Shown piece after piece: positions 57,523-64,000 of a stretch of 64,000 bases of DNA; the stretch's first letter is position 1; each line of letters starts with the position of its first letter. The notes under the pieces are model-generated. The model searched no databases. It had not been told where the DNA came from and saw nothing but the letters and a program-made list of their open reading frames with translations. A program made the translations under genes and the position numbers. The stretch comes from Candidatus Latescibacterota bacterium. GTDB taxonomy: Bacteria > Latescibacterota > UBA2968 > GCA-2709665. The stretch spans positions 192,001 to 256,000 of the forward strand of contig CAXXXF010000002.1 of the NCBI GenBank assembly GCA_963667175.2, read 5' to 3'.

Positions 57523-59172
57523 ATGCCGGTCATCCTTCGGATTGTTCCCATATTGATCATGGCGTGGGCAGCGGGTCGTCCATGTGCGGCGGACGCGGAT
57601 CCCCCACCTCGCGTGAATACGGCCATGCAGGCCCATACCCTGGATCAGCTGGCCGACCTGATCCGGCGTCAGTATTATGAAACGACAGATCCGGTCGAAC
57701 TGTATCACGGCGCCATCGAAGGTTATCTTTCCCGCCTGGACCCCCACTCAACCTATATTTCGCCGGAGGAACTGCAGGACACCCAGGAACGGATGCGCGG
57801 CACGTTCGAGGGTATCGGGATCTATTTCGAAATCATCGCGGGCCGGCTCACGGTTCTGTCCCCGATTGTCGGATCTCCGGCCTACGAGGTCGGACTTCGG
57901 CCCGGCGACCGCATTGTAAAGATTGACGGCGCGTCGGTGATCGGCGTACGGAAGACCGATGACGTGAAAAAGCGGCTCAAGGGTCCGAAGGGCAGCAGGG
58001 TGAACGTTCTGGTTCAACGCCCTGGAGTGGCGGACCCCCTCAGGTTCGAGATCGTTCGTGACAAAATCGAAGTGCCCAGCGTGCCGTATGCGTTCAGACT
58101 GAATACCGACGTAGGTTACGTGAAAGTCGACCGGTTCTCCGGCCGCACGTCACGGGAGTTGCAGGACGCGCTCGACGGTCTGATCGACGGTGGCGCCGGA
58201 AAGCTGATCCTTGATTTGCGCGGCAACAGCGGCGGTTACCTCGAGCAGGCCGTGGCGGTGGCCGACCTGTTCCTGGAAAGAGACCGCCTTCTGGTGTACA
58301 CGGAAGGCCGCAGACGGGGTTCCCGTGAAGATCATTTCGCGGATCGCGATCCGATTGTGCCCGCCGATATGCCGCTGGCGGTACTTGTCGACAGCTACAG
58401 CGCCAGCGCTTCAGAGATTGTGGCGGGGGCCGTCCAGGACTACGACCGCGGGCTCGTCGTCGGGCGGAACACGTTCGGCAAGGGCCTGGTCCAGAAGCAG
58501 TATTCGCTGAAGAACGGTGGCGCGGTTCTGCTCACCGTGGCACGCTATTTCACGCCCAGCGAACGGCCGATCCAGCGTCCCTATTCCAGCGACAGGCGGG
58601 CATACCTGCAAGAGGCGCACGACGGATACGATTCCAATGCCGATCCGGACAGCGTGCAGTCCCAACCGGTCTATTTTACGCGGATATTGCAGCGTAAGGT
58701 ATACGGCAGCGGCGGGATCACGCCCGACGTGGAGTTGGATTCGGAGCGTCCCGGCGATTTCGAACGGCGTCTGGCCCCCAGGCACTTTTTCGAATTCGCA
58801 AGCCGGAGCGCTTCGGAGTTTACGGGCGCCTATCCGGATTTTGAATCCTATTTTCAACAATATGAGCCCGGCGCCGGCGAGATCGCGGAATTCAAGGCGT
58901 TCCTCAAGGAGTGGGATGCGGATCTGACGTTTACAGACCTTGAATTCGAAACGGGCGTCGGTCTGATCAAGCGGCAGATGAAACGGTATTTCTCGAAGTT
59001 CCGCTGGGGAGACCGGGAGGCGGGCCGCGTCGCCGTGAGTCAGGATCCGGAAGTCGTTCAGACGATTGAGCTGTTCGACCGGGCGAAACGACTGTTGGCG
59101 GATAGAGCGTATTATTCAACCCGGCAGGGACGGACCCACGTCCCTGCGACGCGGGACCCCCAGGTCAGATAG
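57523..59172 (+). CDS. ctpA: S41A carboxy-terminal processing protease
   Basis: LDPHS.Y, PDZ domain (FEGIG, GSPA), LDLRGNSGG, SASASEIVAGA.QD and TFGKGLVQ. Confidence 0.94.
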   Translation: MPVILRIVPILIMAWAAGRPCAADADPPPRVNTAMQAHTLDQLADLIRRQYYETTDPVELYHGAIEGYLSRLDPHSTYISPEELQDTQERMRGTFEGIGIYFEIIAGRLTVLSPIVGSPAYEVGLRPGDRIVKIDGASVIGVRKTDDVKKRLKGPKGSRVNVLVQRPGVADPLRFEIVRDKIEVPSVPYAFRLNTDVGYVKVDRFSGRTSRELQDALDGLIDGGAGKLILDLRGNSGGYLEQAVAVADLFLERDRLLVYTEGRRRGSREDHFADRDPIVPADMPLAVLVDSYSASASEIVAGAVQDYDRGLVVGRNTFGKGLVQKQYSLKNGGAVLLTVARYFTPSERPIQRPYSSDRRAYLQEAHDGYDSNADPDSVQSQPVYFTRILQRKVYGSGGITPDVELDSERPGDFERRLAPRHFFEFASRSASEFTGAYPDFESYFQQYEPGAGEIAEFKAFLKEWDADLTFTDLEFETGVGLIKRQMKRYFSKFRWGDREAGRVAVSQDPEVVQTIELFDRAKRLLADRAYYSTRQGRTHVPATRDPQVR

Positions 59173-59195
59173 CAGTCCGTTTGTGGGAGGAGTCT

Positions 59196-59885
59196 ATGGC
59201 GCAACGTTATTCCTCATCTGCCCGCCGGGAGATTGGCACGCAGGTCAAGCTGCCGGTCAGAAAGGCCGTTGAGATCAGTTTCAACAGCGTCAAGATCCGG
59301 TTCGGACGGTCTTTGATAACGGTGAGCAGCATTATTCTGGCCATCGCCTTCCTGATGTCCATATGGACAACCAGCTCGATTGTGAACAGTCTTCGAGACG
59401 CCAACGACCCGAAGATGAACCTGATTCTGCAGCAGAAGGGGATCGACATCAGTCAGGAAAGCGAAGCCAACCGGCAGGAGGAGGCCAAGAACACGTGGCT
59501 CGTCGTACTTTCTCTGCTGGTGTGTCTGGTTGGGATCACAAACGCGATGCTGATGTCCGTTACCGAGCGCTTCCGTGAAATCGGCACCATGAAGTGCATG
59601 GGAGCGCTGGATGGATTCATTGTCAAGCTGTTTATCCTCGAGTCCGCCTTTATGGGAATGGCCGGCACGGTGCTTGGCGCGGCGGTGGGCTTTCTGCTGT
59701 CCGTTCTCATGTCCTGGATCGGATACGGCACGGCCGTTATTGATTACGTACCGTGGCCCGGCATTCTGGAGCGAGGCGTGACGGCGATCATTCTCGGTTC
59801 CTTTCTTTCCCTGATGGGCGGAATCCTTCCCGCCTATCGCGCCGCCAAGATGGAGCCGGTCGACGCGATGCGGCTGGAGGTGTAG
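59196..59885 (+). CDS. ABC transporter permease, minimal FtsX/MacB type
   Basis: GITNAMLMSVTERFREIGTMKCMGA and PAYRAAKMEPVDAMR. Confidence 0.9.
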   Translation: MAQRYSSSARREIGTQVKLPVRKAVEISFNSVKIRFGRSLITVSSIILAIAFLMSIWTTSSIVNSLRDANDPKMNLILQQKGIDISQESEANRQEEAKNTWLVVLSLLVCLVGITNAMLMSVTERFREIGTMKCMGALDGFIVKLFILESAFMGMAGTVLGAAVGFLLSVLMSWIGYGTAVIDYVPWPGILERGVTAIILGSFLSLMGGILPAYRAAKMEPVDAMRLEV

Positions 59886-59958
59886 GCTTGAGTCGGGCAG
59901 CCCGCGCTTTCACGAAGACGCCGCAACCGAAATTCACTTGCTTGTCTGGAGGGCGACG

Positions 59959-60687
59959 ATGGCCGTCGTAAGAACACAGGACGTGAAGAAGGTCTATGAG
60001 ATGGGCGACGTGCGGGTGTCCGCGCTCAAGGGGGTGGATATCGAAATCGAGCAGGGCGAGTACATCTCCATTATGGGGCCCTCCGGTTCCGGAAAGACCA
60101 CCCTGTTCAATATGGTGGGCGGGCTGGACAAACCCAGCGACGGGAAGGTGTACATCGACGACGTGGACGTTGCCCAACTCGATGCCTATGAACTGGCGTG
60201 GCTGCGTTGCCGGAAGATCGGGTATATTTTCCAGACGTTCAATCTGATTCCGGTGATGACGGCGCTGGAAAACGTGACGCTTCCCATGGTATTTGCCGGG
60301 CTGACCAGCGACGAGGCCAGGGACAAGGGGGTCGAACTGCTGAATAAGGTGGGATTGGGCGACAGGGTGTCGCATAAACCCTTTGAACTTTCGGGCGGGC
60401 AGCAGCAGCGCGTTGCGGTTGCCCGGGCGTTTGCAAACGACCCGGCCCTGATACTTGCCGACGAACCCACCGGAAACCTGGATCTGCGCACCGGTACGGA
60501 GATTATCGAACTGCTGCGGGAGATGAACCAGGAGTCCGGCGTCACCGTGGTGTCGGCAACGCACGACCACAAGATGCTGAGCGTCTCCGATCGGGTGGTG
60601 TGGGTGCGCGACGGGCGCGTCGACCGCGTCGTGAAACGGGAAGAATTGAAGATCGAGGTGGGTACCATCGACGGACGAACGGCGTAG
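59959..60687 (+). CDS. ABC transporter ATP-binding protein (LolD/MacB type)
   Basis: GPSGSGKTT, LSGGQQQRVAVAR, LADEPTGNLD and THD. Confidence 0.96.
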   Translation: MAVVRTQDVKKVYEMGDVRVSALKGVDIEIEQGEYISIMGPSGSGKTTLFNMVGGLDKPSDGKVYIDDVDVAQLDAYELAWLRCRKIGYIFQTFNLIPVMTALENVTLPMVFAGLTSDEARDKGVELLNKVGLGDRVSHKPFELSGGQQQRVAVARAFANDPALILADEPTGNLDLRTGTEIIELLREMNQESGVTVVSATHDHKMLSVSDRVVWVRDGRVDRVVKREELKIEVGTIDGRTA

Positions 60688-60757
60688 AACGGGTCGCGAG
60701 AAAAAAAGCGGGCGATCCGGATTCTGTGTGGAGTCGCCGCCAGGGATGGCTCTATCA

Positions 60758-60787
60758 GGTCCGGGAGGTCGGCTCCCGGGCCTTTTT
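60758..60787 (+). terminator. Rho-independent terminator
   Basis: GGTCCGGGAG-GTCGG-CTCCCGGGCC followed by TTTTT. Confidence 0.7.
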
Positions 60788-60823
60788 CAATCAACTGTCA
60801 AACAAAACTGAGGAGGCATCACC

Positions 60824-61141
60824 GTGATCATGACCACCACACCGGGCATCGAAGGCAAGACCATCCGCGAGTACAGGGGCATCGTCACCGGCGAGGCGAT
60901 TCTCGGCGCGAACATCTTCAAGGATTTCTTCGCCGGCATACGCGACATCGTGGGCGGGCGTTCCGCGGCGTATGAGAAGGAGTTGAAGCATGCGCGCGAG
61001 ATCGCGTTCAGCGAAGTGGAGGAAGCGGCCCTTCAGGAAGGCGCCAACGCGGTCGTCGGCATCGACCTGGACTACGAAGTCGTCGGCGAGGGCAGCATGC
61101 TGATGGTCTCGGTCAGCGGCACCGCGGTTCGGACCGACTGA
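60824..61141 (+). CDS. ybjQ: YbjQ (UPF0145) heavy-metal-binding family protein
   Basis: [35 protein letters not shown] and MLMV..SGTAV. Confidence 0.95.
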   Translation: MIMTTTPGIEGKTIREYRGIVTGEAILGANIFKDFFAGIRDIVGGRSAAYEKELKHAREIAFSEVEEAALQEGANAVVGIDLDYEVVGEGSMLMVSVSGTAVRTD

Positions 61142-61206
61142 CGCAACTCGCGCCACTGATGCATTTCGCGACAACCCGGGTAACCAACGAACACGGAGAA
61201 CGGCCA

Positions 61207-61569
61207 ATGGGCGCGACGTACGTTGACGTCACCATTCGCAATCCCGCGGATCCGGGACGCAGCTGGACGGGAAAATTCCTCGTCGATACAGGCGCGTTCG
61301 ATTCGCTCGTGCCGCGGGCGCGTCTCGATGCGATCGGGCTGACTCCGAGAGGCAGCCGCGAGTACGTCCTTGCTGACGGAAAATCCGTGGCCATGGACGT
61401 AACAATCGCGGAACTCGAGATTGAAGGAGAAGTCGTGGGTGGAACGATCGTATATGGGGATGCCGGCGCCGAACCCCTACTCGGCGTTACGGCACTGGAA
61501 TCGGGCGGATTCGAGGTCGACCCGCGCAGTGAAGAGTTGAAGCGGCTGCCGGCGGTTCTGTTGAAATGA
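61207..61569 (+). CDS. Clan AA (retropepsin-like) aspartic protease
   Basis: FLVDTGA, LADG and EPLLGVTALES. Confidence 0.9.
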   Translation: MGATYVDVTIRNPADPGRSWTGKFLVDTGAFDSLVPRARLDAIGLTPRGSREYVLADGKSVAMDVTIAELEIEGEVVGGTIVYGDAGAEPLLGVTALESGGFEVDPRSEELKRLPAVLLK

Positions 61570-61695
61570 CGTGGAGGAGCCGGCGTAGAGCTTATAACGG
61601 TCTCTCTTGTAAAATTCCGGCTTGACAAGACCCCCGGATACGTTAGATTTCTACTGTAACGGAGCACACGGCAAATCCATCCTCCGGGGTGTAAC

Positions 61696-61944
61696 ATGAA
61701 CGGTAAAATCTTCAATGAAGACAATCTTCGATTCGCCATTTTTCTTTTGGCCTTATGGGGATCTCTATGGAGTTTCTCATCTGGAATCAATCAAAGAATA
61801 GATAGATTGGAAGACCGACTGACTCAACGAATAGGCAAATTAGAAGATAAAATGGAAAGCAAGTTTGATGCCATCGATGCACGTTTGGATTCCTTCGGGG
61901 AGCGCATTGCCGCGAACGAAGCACGAATAAACGCCAGAGAGTAA
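61696..61944 (+). CDS. Small AT-rich membrane-anchored coiled-coil protein
   Basis: One TM helix followed by heptad repeats (RIDRLEDRL..RIGKLEDKM); TTGACA at 61622 upstream. Confidence 0.7.
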   Translation: MNGKIFNEDNLRFAIFLLALWGSLWSFSSGINQRIDRLEDRLTQRIGKLEDKMESKFDAIDARLDSFGERIAANEARINARE

Positions 61945-62014
61945 AAACATCCGCACGACAATCCCCTTCCACGACTCGCCTGCCGGTATTACATATTGGC
62001 AGGATTTTTTTTAT

Positions 62015-62105
62015 GTCATCCTGAGAAGGCCGTTGTGAGGGTGGAGCCTGCCTCGACGTCGCTCAGAATGACGGGCCGGCCGATCGCAATAATCGTCATT
62101 CTGAG
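62015..62105. repeat. GTCAT(C/T)CTGAG REP-like palindrome set
   Basis: GTCATCCTGAG (62015-62025), CTCAGAATGAC (62062-62072) and GTCATTCTGAG (62095-62105). Confidence 0.6.
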
Positions 62106-62250
62106 GAAGCCGCCAGGCAGGCGATGTCTCCGCGCAAATGCGTTTCCCGCGCTTTTCCGTTCAGGACGATCGAGAAGACGGGACAACGCGCCTTGTGAGC
62201 CCATTGTCCCGATATCTCTTTTGAGGTGAAGGGTATTTCGGGGGTGGGAC

Positions 62251-63153
62251 TCAGTCCTGTTCCTGATCCAGCAACCGACCGAACGCGTCGAGGCTGGATA
62301 CCCGGACCGCCGCGCGGTGCAGTTCCTTCAGGCGATGCACGTCGTCGACCGCCGCGATGCGAGCGGCCGGGAGATGCGACGCAGCAAGATTGAATCGAAC
62401 TTCCAGGACCGCGAGGATGCTGTCCCGAAGACCCTGCTCGATCCCCTGCTCTATACCTTGCTCTTTGGCTTCACGGGTGAGGTATTGGGCAAAGGACGAT
62501 TCGCGGATGAGATCCATGATGCCCTCCTTCAAGATAACGTCAGAAATGGCTTCCGGCGTGTACACCAATCCGCTCAGCACTGACATGCCAGCCAGATAGT
62601 CGGCTTTTGCAGGTGAAGCGATCGGCCGCGCGTTGGCAAGGTGGATACAGCGGCGTAACCACGCGCCAGAAGCCATGCCCTCAGGCGGCTTCATCAACGG
62701 CGTAAACGCGATCAGCCCGGCGTGTCCCGCATCGAGGATGCCCTGGCCATCCAGGTCAATCAGCCGAATCACTTTGTACTGAACTTGAACCCGATGACCG
62801 GGCTGCGATTGCAGATACTGTCCCGGATCGCGCCGCCCCGCTTCGGGGCGAAGATAGATGACGCTGGAATAGACCGGCACGCCGTACCGCTCAATGGCGC
62901 GCCCTACGTAGCCTGCCATGCGCCTCGGCATCGGCTGACCGCTGTCCGTCGTCTGAAATTCGTTGTGGACCAATGCCTCCCGGCCGTCGACGCGGACGCG
63001 AATGAGACTGTCGGTCTGACGCGCGGTGACCGTGGGCTGCTCCGTGTCAATGACATCAAGAACTTCGACGTCGTCTCGCCCGAGGGTAAAGCCGGCGAAG
63101 TCGCCGGGATACGATTGAATCAGGTGCTTGGAAATCGCATCAAATTCTGCCAT
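62251..63153 (-). CDS. Rpn-family (PD-(D/E)XK) recombination-promoting nuclease / putative transposase
   Basis: FDAISK.L, RQTDSL, H.EFQ, MPRRMAGY, VIYL and a C-terminal EQGIEQGIEQG...LEVRF tail. Confidence 0.88.
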   Translation of the reverse strand: MAEFDAISKHLIQSYPGDFAGFTLGRDDVEVLDVIDTEQPTVTARQTDSLIRVRVDGREALVHNEFQTTDSGQPMPRRMAGYVGRAIERYGVPVYSSVIYLRPEAGRRDPGQYLQSQPGHRVQVQYKVIRLIDLDGQGILDAGHAGLIAFTPLMKPPEGMASGAWLRRCIHLANARPIASPAKADYLAGMSVLSGLVYTPEAISDVILKEGIMDLIRESSFAQYLTREAKEQGIEQGIEQGLRDSILAVLEVRFNLAASHLPAARIAAVDDVHRLKELHRAAVRVSSLDAFGRLLDQEQD

Positions 63154-63375
63154 GCAGGATGCCCGGGGGACTTTGGGGAATAGGACGGCGCCGTGTAAAC
63201 AAGATACGGGATCAGCGCCGAAAGTCAATTGCATCATTAAGATTTCCGCGAAATACAAGACCGGTGAGACGTAAGACGGGAGACGGTAGAGGACGTCCTT
63301 GCCCGATTGTTTATTCCTTTATGCCACTGGCAGGAAATGAAACCGCACGGGGCAGGCTATCTCTCACGTCTTAAG

Positions 63376-63878
63376 TCTTGCGTCTCCCCGCCTTTAGCAG
63401 ATCGCTGCTTTTCCTGACCACTTGCCACTGACCACTGGTCTTTCTTTTTCCGCGCCGAGGGCATCTTGCCCTCGTTGCGCTTTCCGGTGCTTCCACGTCT
63501 CGGCGCTGAGCTCGAGTGATGGCTTTCCACCTGGGAGCGCCTGCCTGTGCGTGTGACACGCACGCAGACAGGCGGGCGTCCCGCCCGCAACATGGTCGCA
63601 GCACTGATGTCAACTGATTGACTTCCGCTGTTGGATGATCGCGATTCCCGTGCATCAGTTGTCTCGAGCTACTGTCACATTTTGCAACATCCGGAAACAC
63701 CTGCCTATTCAGTAGCCATTGTTGTAACTGTCAACAAAACGAACGCGCACTCACATCCTCTACCCTCTTCCCTCTTGCGTCTCCCCGCCTTTTAGCTGAC
63801 CACTGCTTTCACTGACCACTTACCACTTGCCACTGGTTTCTCTTTTTCCGGACCGAGGGCATCCTGCCCTCGATGCGC
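63376..63878. repeat. ~105-bp imperfect direct repeat (63376-63480 and 63773-63878) with heptamer arrays and a CGAGGGCA-TGCCCTCG hairpin
   Basis: Both copies read TCTTGCGTCTCCCCGCCTTT...ACCACT repeats...CCGAGGGCATC(T/C)TGCCCTCG.TGCGC. Confidence 0.8.
63540..63572. repeat. CCTG...CAGG mini-palindrome, reverse copy of the unit found inside family A elements
   Basis: Reverse complement is CCTGTCTGCGTGCGTGTCACACGCACAGGCAGG, compared with CCTGTCTGCGTGCGAACGCACAGGCAGG at 2691-2718. Confidence 0.75.
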
Positions 63879-63937
63879 CCCTTGTGGTCTCCCCATGTCC
63901 AGGCGTTGACGTCACTGGGTTGTTTTTTGATTCAAGC

Positions 63938-63996
63938 TGACCACTTCCCACTGACCACTGACCACTGATCCCTTACCACTTGCCACTTCCCACTGG
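63938..63996. repeat. Heptamer tandem array (N2CCACT)n
   Basis: TGACCAC TTCCCAC TGACCAC TGACCAC TGATCCC TTACCAC TTGCCAC TTCCCAC. Confidence 0.75.
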
Positions 63997-64000
63997 TCTC

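Noticed and set aside
60745-60790. SRP RNA (TCAGGTCCGGGAGG resembles the SRP core)
   Set aside because: The conserved GGAA loop and AGCAG motif are missing; the sequence fits a terminator hairpin better.
63357-63700. Short ORFs in the terminal repeat region (and 45487-45747, 53152-53484)
   Set aside because: They consist of translated repeats with no coding signatures.
63376-64000. CRISPR array
   Set aside because: The repeats are heptamer tandems and one two-copy duplication, without regular unique spacers or cas genes.

Overview
GC-rich bacterial chromosomal segment. The short RpoD-type sigma factor, PorV/C25/T9SS-CTD proteins and an EF-hand/dockerin-like C-terminal tag point to an FCB-superphylum lineage, possibly Latescibacterota-like (inference). 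Left to right: (1) sigma70 factor and DegP protease; (2) a minus-strand PVM-like bacterial microcompartment (BMC) locus with pduL, BMC-H, three BMC-P, CoA-acylating aldehyde dehydrogenase, class II aldolase, acetate kinase and a BMC-H fusion, interleaved with a GT-C membrane glycosyltransferase and a secreted beta-propeller; (3) a carbamoyltransferase/SxtJ-like/SGNH/DUF5989 cassette; (4) a Wzx/Wzy-type polysaccharide cluster with a sulfotransferase, followed by a GT-C gene and a giant PorU-like C25 peptidase; (5) Nramp, TPR lipoprotein, enolase and YkgJ; (6) a minus-strand porV-led envelope operon; (7) housekeeping and envelope genes, an Rpn-family nuclease and a repeat-rich tail. Intergenic spaces hold several families of MITE/REP-like palindromes, some nested in each other and one apparently inserted in a gene's 5' end, plus small gene relics. 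No rRNA, tRNA or CRISPR array was seen. All family calls come from motif recognition by eye, not database searches.
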